From Deltaproteobacteria bacterium (lineage in GTDB: Bacteria > Desulfobacterota > Binatia > Binatales > Binataceae): 48,452 nucleotides of DNA. Position numbers and translations under genes: made by a program. Position 1 is the first letter of the stretch, and each line of letters begins with the position of its first letter. The notes under the pieces were generated by a model, which saw nothing but the letters and a program-made list of their open reading frames with translations, was not told the DNA's origin and searched no databases. Location of the stretch: NCBI GenBank assembly GCA_021792265.1, contig JAJYVB010000001.1:1-48452 (forward strand), in the 5' to 3' direction. This document shows positions 10,401-19,030 of the stretch, piece after piece.

Positions 10401-12159
10401 TGCCGAGCGCAAACGCCTGTTCGAGTTGCCCAATTCACAGTGGTCCGACTACCGCAGCGAGTTGCTGAGCTCCGGCGGCGGTATCTTTCGCCGGGGCCAG
10501 AAACGAATCATCCTCAGCCCCGAGGCGCAGTCGGCACTCGGGTGTGACGCGGCCGAACTCGACAGCGACAGCTTGGTTCGCGCAATTTTGCGAGCTGATG
10601 TTGACCTTCTTTATAACGGCGGCATCGGGACCTACGTCAAGGCCGCCAGCGAGACCGATCCCGAGGTCGGTGACCACGCCAACGATGCCTGCCGAGTAAA
10701 CGCGCGCGAGATTCGCGCCAAGATCGTGGCTGAGGGCGGCAATCTCGGCTTCACCCAGCGAGCTCGAGTCGAATACGCGCTTTCGGGCGGACGCATCAAC
10801 ACCGACGCCATCGACAATTCGGCGGGAGTCGATACGTCAGATCACGAAGTTAATCTGAAAATTCTTCTCAAGCCTGTTCTGGAAAGCGGCCGCTTGAGTT
10901 TCGAAGATCGCAACGTCCGGCTTCGCGACTGCACCCGCGAAGTGGGCGAACAGGTGCTGCGGGACAACCGCGACCAGGTCCTATTGCTCAGCCTCGAACA
11001 GAGCCGAAGCCGCGCGCGTGTCGAACTGTTTGCCGATTACCTGGCTGAGATCGAGCATCGCGGCCTGCTGCGTAGCCACGAAGAGGCCCTGCCTTCACCC
11101 GCAGCGCTGCGCCAGCGCCATCCGCTCTATCCCGGCCTGAGCCGCCCTGAGCTGGCGGTGATCACTGCCTACACGAAGATTGGCCTGACGGCGCGCCTGA
11201 GCAGCTCGGAACTCGTCAACGACCCCTGCCTGGTCGAGCGCTATCTCATGCCCTATTTCCCACCCTCGATCGTGCGCGATTTCGGCGACTACGTTGGCCG
11301 CCACGGTTTGTGCCGCGAGTTAATCGCGACCCGCCTTGCCAATGAGATCGTGGACGTAATGGGGTCGACGTTCATCTTCGAATTTGCGACCAATCACGGA
11401 GCCTCAGCGCTGGAAGTGGCTCGCGCCTGGATCGTCGGCTCAGCGATTCTCGACGTGGGCGGCCGCGTCGAGCGTCTGAAGGCGCGTGAGATGGCGAGCG
11501 CAGGCGAGGAGAGTGCTTTTTTTGCGCTCGAACGGGCCGTGCGCCGCGCCAGCCGCTGGTTCCTGATGAGAGGGCGCTTCGATGCCGTGCTGGGCGACCT
11601 GGTGGCGCGCTTCAAGGCCGACTTCGCGCGCTTGGCAGGATGCCTCGACGGCGCCCTGGTAGGCAGCGAAAGCCAGAGTTTCGAGCGTTCCTACCGCGAG
11701 CTGCGCGCCGCGGTTCACGAGGAGGAACTGGCGCACGATCTTGCACGACTCGACTTCGCGGACCATCTGCTCAACGTGCTCGATATAGGCTCGGCCCAAC
11801 GGCGTCCTGCGCCTTACGTCGGCATGCTGTACTTTGGCCTGGCCCGGCATATCGACTTTGCGCTGCTCCAGGACGCCCTGCGTTCGATCCGACCCGATGA
11901 TTCCTGGCAGCGTCGCGCCGCTCGGGAGCTGGCCGACGAGCTGCTCGAAGCACGAGCGAGGCTCTGTGTAAACGCACTCGAACTTTCGACCGAGGGCTCA
12001 GCCTTCGAGCAAGCGCTGAGTCGGTTGATAAAAGACCACCAGGGTGCGATTACCGCGCTGGAGCGGCTGTTTGCCGAACTTCGCGCCCAACCCAACCTTA
12101 CGCTTGCGGCGCTCCAGGTCGGGGTTCGCGCAATAGCACGGCTGGCACATGCTAACTGA
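7405..12159 (+). CDS. gdhB: NAD-specific glutamate dehydrogenase, large (~180 kDa) class
   Basis: 1584 aa. Catalytic core [45 protein letters not shown] and [19 protein letters not shown], typical of the large bacterial NAD-GDH family. ATG at 7408 directly follows the GTG. Confidence 0.95.
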   Translation: [1584 protein letters not shown]

Positions 12160-12180
12160 AGGCCGCGCTGCGGCTCGCTT

Positions 12181-12202
12181 CCCCAAGGGCGTAAGCTTGG
12201 GG
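12181..12202. terminator. hairpin between convergent genes
   Basis: ccccaag / cttgggg, 7-bp stem with an 8-nt loop, between the gdh stop and the membrane-protein stop. Confidence 0.35.
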
Positions 12203-13267
12203 TCAAGCGCTGAGCGCCGCGGTAGGGCTCGCCACGCCAGCTTCCGGAGAAAGCTCGGCTTCGGCTGCTTCGAGCACCTGCCCGCCGGCTAGCTCGCGCA
12301 AGTCCTCGTAAAGCCGGACGCCTGCGGCGATAAAAAAGGCGTTAGTGGCGTAATAGACGGCAACGGTGAGCAGGTCAAGCATTAGAATTGTTGTGGCAAT
12401 CGTGCCGGTCAGCGCTGCGACCGGACCAAGCAACAGGCTCACCACGAAAAAGACCCCCCCGGCCCATGAATTATATCCGGAAAGTACAGCGAGAAAGACT
12501 ACGATCCGCACGGCAACGCGGAAAAAGCGCCGGCGCAGAAGCTCGCGGCTGAACAGCAAGGCCGACCAACTGTGACGGCCATCGAACACCAGCGCGTACC
12601 CCGAGAAGTACAGCCAGAAAAAGGCGAGCAGCGCCGGAATCACCAGCAGCACCGCTCCCACCGCAATCGCCAGGAGCCTGAGCAGCACGATCCAGAAAAA
12701 CGGGCCAAGCAGCCCGGCCGAGACGCGGTATACCTCGAAGACTTCGGTGAATGTAGACCCTTCGCGCTCCCCGCTCCGCAACCGCTTCAGGGTACACATG
12801 GTCACCAAATCGGTGAACAGCGTAACTGCCGCAAGCAACAGATGAAGGGCTGCCGTCACCCATGGCGAGAAAGGCGGCCTGTCAAGCGTTGCGGTTGCTG
12901 TCCGATGAAGCGCTGCGCCGGACAGCGCCGTGATACTGTGAACACCGGGGCCAAACCGGCTGGCAAACTCGTACTGAAGATTGATTGCATCGGGCAAAAG
13001 GCACAGTGCAGCCAGAAGCGTTACGGGTGCCAGGACCGCAGCCAGGATGGCCCAGTTGCCTCTGAGATCGTTCACAGCATTGGCCAGATAAATGAAGCTT
13101 CCCTTGAGCCGCGGTTGAGCCACAGTGTGTCGAAATTGGCATCCCGATTGCGGGAACACAAGCCCGCCCGTGTCCATTACAAGCTTCTTACCGAGAGATG
13201 GTGGCTCGGTCCCCAGCCGTGCCAGGTTACGGATTGCGCTTGCGCTGGTATAATTCTTCTCGCACAA
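12203..13267 (-). CDS. hypothetical polytopic membrane protein
   Basis: Several long hydrophobic segments (WAILAAVLAPVTLLAALCLL, FFWIVLLRLLAIAVGAVLLVIPALLAFFWLYF, VVFLAVLSGY...). No family recognised. Start may be the internal ATG at 13177. Confidence 0.6.
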   Translation of the reverse strand: MCEKNYTSASAIRNLARLGTEPPSLGKKLVMDTGGLVFPQSGCQFRHTVAQPRLKGSFIYLANAVNDLRGNWAILAAVLAPVTLLAALCLLPDAINLQYEFASRFGPGVHSITALSGAALHRTATATLDRPPFSPWVTAALHLLLAAVTLFTDLVTMCTLKRLRSGEREGSTFTEVFEVYRVSAGLLGPFFWIVLLRLLAIAVGAVLLVIPALLAFFWLYFSGYALVFDGRHSWSALLFSRELLRRRFFRVAVRIVVFLAVLSGYNSWAGGVFFVVSLLLGPVAALTGTIATTILMLDLLTVAVYYATNAFFIAAGVRLYEDLRELAGGQVLEAAEAELSPEAGVASPTAALSA

Positions 13268-13295
13268 GGTTGAAACTCAACCCGGAAGCCAAACG

Positions 13296-13547
13296 ATGAG
13301 CGACGACGAACGGGCAAGAGAACTCGCCCAGGAAAACCGGCTTTTGCGCCGGCTGCGCCTGCTCGTCGACCTGACCTTTGCAACCCTAGCTCAGGACCAG
13401 TCGATTACGCTGGAAGAGGCCTGGGAGCACGTTCAGGCGCTCAAGGCCGCAGCCGTGGCCATGTTCCCCGGCAAAGACTCGACCTTCGACCTGATTTATC
13501 TGCCACGTTTCTCACGCCTTATCGCCGAGCGCTTCGGCGCTCACTGA
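13296..13547 (+). CDS. hypothetical small protein (83 aa)
   Basis: ATG-initiated ORF filling the gap upstream of nagA. Helical-looking, normal composition, no family recognised. Confidence 0.45.
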   Translation: MSDDERARELAQENRLLRRLRLLVDLTFATLAQDQSITLEEAWEHVQALKAAAVAMFPGKDSTFDLIYLPRFSRLIAERFGAH

Positions 13548-13579
13548 GAAAGCCCAGCCCAGGGAGGCGTCGCGCGGCA

Positions 13580-14683
13580 ATGACTCGCCTAGGCGGCGTC
13601 ATAGCATGTGAGGATGGAAGCCTTCGTCCGGCGACGGTCAGTTTTGGCAACCGAATCGAAGCTGTCGATTGGCTGTCCGGACCGAGGGACGGCGATCTCG
13701 TTTTTCCTGGTTTCATCGATCTCCAGGTAAGCGGTGGCTTTGGGATCAACGTAGCACAAGCCTCCGCCGAGGACCTCGCTAGACTGGCTGAAGCGCTTAC
13801 GCACGGTGGTACGACATCATTTTTGGCAGCGCTGATAACCGCTCCATTGGATCGAATCAAGCGTGCCCATGCGACAGTTGTCCGAGCAATGGAAGCGGAG
13901 GCCGAGTCGGGCGAACGCCGCTCGCCGGCTGCGGCGATCCTCGGCGTTCATCTCGAAGGTCCTTTCATATCGCCTCGCTGCCTCGGGATTCATCCGGCGC
14001 TCAACCTCGAACCGCGCGGCGATGCGCTCGAGCGCGTACTTGGGCAAAAGGCCCTACGCCTGTTAACCATTGCTCCGGAACTCGATGGCGCGTGCGACGC
14101 AATCCGCCGCCTGGTGGCACGCGGCGTCGTGGTTTCCCTGGGCCATAGCCATGCAACCGCGGACGAAGCGCAGCGCGGGTTGGCAGCGGGAGCCAGAATG
14201 TTCACCCATCTGTTCAACGCGATGCGGCCGCTGCATCATCGCGACCCGGGTATCGTCGGTGCGGCTTTGCGAGCGCCGAGCGCGATGGTAGCGGTGATTG
14301 CTGACGGGGTGCACGTTCATCCCGAAATACTGCAGATCGTCTACCGGCTGCGCGGGGCTGACGGAATAATTCTCACGACCGATCGTGTTGACGACACTCG
14401 AAGCGAGTCCCAAGGAGGCGCTGCGGCGGGAACCGCGGTTTTCGACGGTGAACGCCTCGCCGGCAGCACCATTTCGATGCTCGACGCCGTGCGCACGATG
14501 GTTCGCCGGGTCGGCGTGCCCATTGGAGAGGTTGCCCGGATGGCGGCAGGTAATCCCGCGCGCGTGCTCGGCCTCGACGATCGGGGACGAATCGCCGTGG
14601 GGGCACGAGCTGACCTGCTCGTGATATCCCGCGCTCTCGAGTTGAAAGCGGTTTTTATCGGCGGTCGCGAGGTTAAACTCTGA
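13580..14683 (+). CDS. nagA: N-acetylglucosamine-6-phosphate deacetylase
   Basis: GFIDLQVSGGFG, HLEGPFISP, SLGHSHAT, FTHLFNAM and IADGVHVHP are amidohydrolase NagA motifs. Confidence 0.9.
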   Translation: MTRLGGVIACEDGSLRPATVSFGNRIEAVDWLSGPRDGDLVFPGFIDLQVSGGFGINVAQASAEDLARLAEALTHGGTTSFLAALITAPLDRIKRAHATVVRAMEAEAESGERRSPAAAILGVHLEGPFISPRCLGIHPALNLEPRGDALERVLGQKALRLLTIAPELDGACDAIRRLVARGVVVSLGHSHATADEAQRGLAAGARMFTHLFNAMRPLHHRDPGIVGAALRAPSAMVAVIADGVHVHPEILQIVYRLRGADGIILTTDRVDDTRSESQGGAAAGTAVFDGERLAGSTISMLDAVRTMVRRVGVPIGEVARMAAGNPARVLGLDDRGRIAVGARADLLVISRALELKAVFIGGREVKL

Positions 14684-14791
14684 TACCCTGTTGCTCGCTG
14701 CCCAGCAGGATGGTCGACAGTAGCCGGCGGACCGTCGCAACCTGGGCTCCAGTAGCGAAAGGACGACCGGAGTTCTGGCAGACTTGCTGAG

Positions 14792-15661
14792 ATGGCACTC
14801 AACCGAAACTGCGTTGGCAAAACCTATCCCGAAGTAACAACCGAGATCAGTCTCGAGGCTGCTCAAAAGTACGCCCGCGCCTGCAACGACGATAACCCCC
14901 GCTACTTCGACCCCAATGTCCCCGGGGGAATTCTCGCGCCGCCGATGTTCGGCGTAGTACTGACCTGGTTTGCGCTGCTCTCGGCAACCGGCGACCCTGA
15001 GGTCGGAGTCGACGTTACGCGCCTGCTGCATGGCGAACAGGACATGGAATTCCTGCGCCCGCTTCGTCCCGGCGATCGTATAGTTGCCGGATCGCGGATC
15101 GCGTCGATCGACACCAGGGCAACCGGTGAAACCATGACCGTCGAACTGCTGGCGCGAAACCAACAAGGAGTTTTAGTCCAGCGCCAGCTCTTCGGCATTT
15201 TCATACGTGGTTCCCGGCGTCGGGACGCTGCCCCTCGCACGCGTGGCGACGAGGGTGCCGACGAGCAGGTGCGCGCTCACGCGGAGCCGGCGGTCATCGT
15301 GACGCAGCAAGTCGATCCCAACCAGGCCGCTCGCTATGCCGAAGCGTCGGGCGACTGCAATCCAATCCACCTCGACGAGCGTGTCGCCCGAATGTTCGGT
15401 CTCCCAGGGGTTATTCTGCACGGAATGTGTACCGCCTCGTTCGTCGCCCGGGCGACCGTCAACCGGTTGTGCGGTGGCGATCCCGATCGTCTTCGGAGGC
15501 TGCGCGTCCGGTTTTCTCATCCGGTGCTGCCCGGCGACTCAATGACGACCGAATTTTGGCCTGCGGGCGAACGTGAAGGGCGGCTCGTCTATGGGTTCCA
15601 GACGCACGCTTCTTCGGGAACGGCGGTGGTGAAGGACGGACTCGCCGAAGTCGTCCCATAA
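14792..15661 (+). CDS. MaoC-like double hot-dog (R)-hydratase/dehydratase
   Basis: N-terminal FAS1-DH-like half plus a C-terminal MaoC motif (YAEASGDCNPIHLDERVARMFGLPGVILHGM). Confidence 0.85.
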   Translation: MALNRNCVGKTYPEVTTEISLEAAQKYARACNDDNPRYFDPNVPGGILAPPMFGVVLTWFALLSATGDPEVGVDVTRLLHGEQDMEFLRPLRPGDRIVAGSRIASIDTRATGETMTVELLARNQQGVLVQRQLFGIFIRGSRRRDAAPRTRGDEGADEQVRAHAEPAVIVTQQVDPNQAARYAEASGDCNPIHLDERVARMFGLPGVILHGMCTASFVARATVNRLCGGDPDRLRRLRVRFSHPVLPGDSMTTEFWPAGEREGRLVYGFQTHASSGTAVVKDGLAEVVP

Positions 15662-15690
15662 GCGGCGAACCAACAGGGCCGCGAGGTTTC

Positions 15691-16917
15691 GTGGCTGAAC
15701 GCCTCACCATTGGGCTTTCGCTTTCGCTCACGGGCAAATACGCCCTGATGGGAAGGCAGGCCGAGCTGGGATTGCGCTTGTTCGTTGCCGACACCAACGC
15801 CGCTGGAGGCGCAAGAATCGGCCGGCAGCACTACGAACTTGCACTTCACTGCGAAGACGATTGCAGCGAGAGGGCAAAATGCGTCGAAGTCTACCGCTCG
15901 CTATGCTTTGAAAATCGTGCCGAACTCCTGCTGGGTCCGTACTCGAGCGAACTTGCTCGATGCGCAGCTCCGATCGCCGAGCGGGCCGGGGTTCTGATGG
16001 TTAACCACGGTGGCGCCGACGACCGGCTTCACGCCGGCGCGCCCCGATCGATCGTCAGCGTTTTGAGTCCGGCAAGCGACTACCTGCGAAATTTCGTTCG
16101 GCTGCTGGCAGATCTCAAATTCTGGCGCAAAAGGCTCGCGCTGGTTACGAGCGCTGGCGGCGGCTTTGCCGCAGCGGTGGCCGAAGGAGTCGAGCGCGCG
16201 TGCGCCGAACGCCGTACCCGGCGCCGCGGTGTACGCCTGCGTGTCAAATACACAGGACGGTTTGATCCGGAGCGGACGCCGGCAATCCTGTTCCCGGCGC
16301 TCACCAGAGGGCGCGTCAACGCCCTTTGCAGCGTCGGCGACTTCGAACACGACACTGCCCTGATGCGGGCTATCGTCCGCTCCGGACTTAATGTTCCTGT
16401 GCTAGCCTGTGTGGGTGCGGGAATCCACCGTTTCGGCGAAGAAATGGGTGAGGATGCCGAGGGCATCGTTGGATCGAGCCAGTGGGAGGAGTCGGCAAAT
16501 CTCGAGCCCGAAATCGGCCCCTCGTCCTCGGAGTTTGCGAGACGGATGCGCGCCGCAGGCTTTGGCGCCTACCGTGACTATCCCGCTGCCCAGGCTTACG
16601 CCGCCGGGCTGCTCGCGCTGGCTGCCGCCTCGAACGCCGGTTCGCTTGACCAACGTCGAATCCGCGACGCCTTCTGCGGCCTGCGGACCAGCACGTTATT
16701 TGGCCAGTTTGCCATCGATCCGGCCAACGGGTGTCAAGTCGGCCATCGTATGCTCCTGGTCCAATGGCACACCGGGCGGAAGGTCGTTATCGAGCCCGAT
16801 GCGGCTGCAGCTTCAGGAACACTGGAATTTCCTTCTGGCTGGCGGCTTCTTCTTTCCTCGTTTCAGATGCTACGGATAAGCCGCAAGGCCAGCGACGATG
16901 ACCAGGATAATCCCTAG
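15691..16917 (+). CDS. type I periplasmic-binding-protein fold (LivK-like) protein lacking a signal peptide
   Basis: LTIGLSLSLTGKYALMGRQAELGLRLFVADTNAAGG...LLLGPYSS matches the Leu/Ile/Val-binding protein family N-terminus. GTG start only 29 nt after the MaoC stop. Confidence 0.8.
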   Translation: MAERLTIGLSLSLTGKYALMGRQAELGLRLFVADTNAAGGARIGRQHYELALHCEDDCSERAKCVEVYRSLCFENRAELLLGPYSSELARCAAPIAERAGVLMVNHGGADDRLHAGAPRSIVSVLSPASDYLRNFVRLLADLKFWRKRLALVTSAGGGFAAAVAEGVERACAERRTRRRGVRLRVKYTGRFDPERTPAILFPALTRGRVNALCSVGDFEHDTALMRAIVRSGLNVPVLACVGAGIHRFGEEMGEDAEGIVGSSQWEESANLEPEIGPSSSEFARRMRAAGFGAYRDYPAAQAYAAGLLALAAASNAGSLDQRRIRDAFCGLRTSTLFGQFAIDPANGCQVGHRMLLVQWHTGRKVVIEPDAAAASGTLEFPSGWRLLLSSFQMLRISRKASDDDQDNP

Positions 16918-16951
16918 TCTTGAGGAAAAATCGCACCTTTCCGTCGGGTTC

Positions 16952-17065
16952 ATGTCGGGGACTGCGCACGACGGTGTAAGTGCTGCGCTGGTGAGAATCG
17001 ACGAGCGCCGTCCCTGCTGGGCAAACGTGCGACGCCGCATCCGTTCCAGAGCGGATAGAATCTGA
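16952..17065 (+). pseudogene. 5' remnant of anhydro-N-acetylmuramic acid kinase (anmK)
   Basis: SVGFMSGTAHDGVSAALVRIDE closely resembles the AnmK N-terminus (E. coli [22 protein letters not shown]). The frame ends after 37 codons and only ~100 nt remain before the next gene. Confidence 0.5.
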
Positions 17066-17168
17066 GGGTCGCCGCTATTTCGTATCCTCTCCACTGTAAG
17101 CTTAAATAAAGGACGCGCGGGCCGGGCGATCCAACAGCAAACGGCTAGCTAACAGGTAACGGGAAACT

Positions 17169-18029
17169 ATGAAAGTAGGGATTATGTTCGTCAACTCGGG
17201 TCCGTTTGCGGCTCCCGAGCTTTTCAGCCATCTCGTGGTTGAGGCCGAACGCGTAGGAATCGAGTCGCTATGGACGGTCGAACATGTGGTGGTTCCCAAA
17301 GATTACCAATCCGCCTACCCTTACTCGCCAAGCGGCAGGATGCCGGGCAGCGAAGACGTACCCATACCGGACCCGATCCTACCGCTTGCTTACGCCGCAG
17401 CTCTTACCAAGAAAATCCGTCTTGCGACCGGGGTTCTGATCCTGCCTCAGCACCATCCGCTCTATGTCGCCAAGGAGATGGCGACGCTCGATCGCCTGTC
17501 GGGTGGGAGGGCGATGCTGGGTATCGGGAGCGGATGGCTCAAGGAGGAGTTCGAGGCGCTCGGCGTCGACTTCGGCACGCGCGGGGTGCGCACCGACGAG
17601 GCTATTCAGGCGCTTCGCGCGCTCTGGCGGGAGAACGTATCCAGTTTTCACGGCCGTCATTTCAGTTTCGGCCCGGTGTTGAGTTTTCCCAAGCCGGTGC
17701 AGCCGGGCGGCGTACCGATTCACGTCGGCGGCCATTCGCGTGCGGCGGTCCGGCGCGCGGCTGCCTACGGCGACGGCTTCTTTCCGCTGGTCAAAGAACC
17801 GGAACGCCTCGCTGAAATCCTGCGGCTCTTCGCACTGGAGTGCCAAGGTCGCGGGCGCGATCCGTCAACCGTCGAGCTGACGTGCACTACGCGGCCGAGC
17901 CTCGACGCTATGAAGCGGTGCGCGGACCTCGGAGTTGCGCGGATCGTCCTCGCGCCGCCTGCGTTCGACCCGGAGGGACTTACCAGTGGACTCGAACGAA
18001 TCGGCAACGAGCTTATTGCCCGTCTCTAA
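17169..18029 (+). CDS. LLM-class (luciferase-like) F420-dependent oxidoreductase
   Basis: MKVGIMF...AERVGIESLWTVEHVVVP...LATGVLILPQHHPL...LSGGRAMLGIGSGW is typical of the luciferase-like monooxygenase family. Confidence 0.9.
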   Translation: MKVGIMFVNSGPFAAPELFSHLVVEAERVGIESLWTVEHVVVPKDYQSAYPYSPSGRMPGSEDVPIPDPILPLAYAAALTKKIRLATGVLILPQHHPLYVAKEMATLDRLSGGRAMLGIGSGWLKEEFEALGVDFGTRGVRTDEAIQALRALWRENVSSFHGRHFSFGPVLSFPKPVQPGGVPIHVGGHSRAAVRRAAAYGDGFFPLVKEPERLAEILRLFALECQGRGRDPSTVELTCTTRPSLDAMKRCADLGVARIVLAPPAFDPEGLTSGLERIGNELIARL

Positions 18030-18072
18030 CAGGTGTTGACGAACGAGAGATTTCTATGCAGGCGCGAGTGGT

Positions 18073-18178
18073 GCTCAACACCCTGCGAAAAATCGGCTTC
18101 TTTCCCTTAGCTCTCTCCCTCCGGGAGAGACTACAGTGAGGGCAGCAGGTTGGTGAAAAGGCCTTTTCACCAACCTGC
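18073..18178 (+). repeat. ~106-bp structured intergenic repeat, copy 1
   Basis: About 85-90% identical by eye to the reverse complement of 32272..32379. Contains hairpins ctctccc-tcc-gggagag and gcaggttggtgaaaa(ggcc)ttttcaccaacctgc. Confidence 0.75.
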
Positions 18179-18229
18179 GAGGCGCCTGCCTTCGCAAACG
18201 CGTCAAGCCCAGTTTGGAGGTGTTCCAAG

Positions 18230-19030
18230 GTGAGCGACAACGAGAAATCCCCGCCGATCCTGGTTAAGCGCGAGCCGCCCATTGGATGGGCCGTCTTCAA
18301 CCGCCCCCAGGTCCGAAACGCGCTCAACTTCGAGACCTGGCGGCTGGTTGCCGATGCAGTGCACGAGCTCGAGGAGGACTCCTCCACCAGGGTGATCGTG
18401 TTTCGCGGCAGTACCCCGGAAGCTTTCGCCGCCGGTGCAGACATTTCCGAGTTCCCGGCCAATCGCGCTGACTCGGGACAGGCGCACCTCTACCGCGAAA
18501 CGATTGACCGCTCGCTGCGGGCCATCACCGACTGTCCCAAACCGGTGATCGCGATGATCTCGGGTCCGTGCGTGGGCGGGGGCGTGCAGGTGGCGATCGC
18601 TTGCGACCTGCGCTTCGCCGCGAGCACCGGGCGCTTTGGCATCCCGGCTGGCCGCCTTGGACTTGCTTATCCGTTCGACAGTGTGGTTGCTCTTACGCAG
18701 CTCGTCGGCCCGGCCCACGCCTGCGACATCCTGTTCTCCGCGCGTCTGTTCGACGCCGAAGAAGCCCTCGCGATGGGGCTCGTCAACCGCGTGCTGGAGC
18801 CAACGGAGCTGGAGGCGTTTGTGCGCCGCTACGCCGGCGAAATTGCGGCCAATGCGCCGTTCACGGTAGCGGCGGCCAAGGCGTCGATCCGGGCAGCTCT
18901 GAGCGATCCGGCCAGGCGCGACCTGGCGAGCGTCGCCGGTATGATCGAGCGATGCTACGATAGTGAGGACTACCACGAAGGGGTGCGAGCTTTCCTGGAA
19001 CGCCGGCGCCCCGAATTCCGTGGGCGATGA
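18230..19030 (+). CDS. enoyl-CoA hydratase/isomerase (crotonase) family protein
   Basis: NRPQVRNAL, VIVFRG...FAAGADISEF and PVIAMISGPCVGGG are crotonase oxyanion-hole motifs. Confidence 0.9.
   Translation: MSDNEKSPPILVKREPPIGWAVFNRPQVRNALNFETWRLVADAVHELEEDSSTRVIVFRGSTPEAFAAGADISEFPANRADSGQAHLYRETIDRSLRAITDCPKPVIAMISGPCVGGGVQVAIACDLRFAASTGRFGIPAGRLGLAYPFDSVVALTQLVGPAHACDILFSARLFDAEEALAMGLVNRVLEPTELEAFVRRYAGEIAANAPFTVAAAKASIRAALSDPARRDLASVAGMIERCYDSEDYHEGVRAFLERRRPEFRGR

Noticed and set aside
14063-15166. 367-aa minus-strand ORF
   Set aside because: It overlaps the nagA 3' end and the MaoC gene on the opposite strand. Composition is not protein-like.
17081-17105. Possible third, partial copy of the double-hairpin repeat (ctctccactgtaag vs ctcactgtaatctctccc)
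   Set aside because: Only ~12-14 nt are similar, which is too short to distinguish from chance without a computational search.
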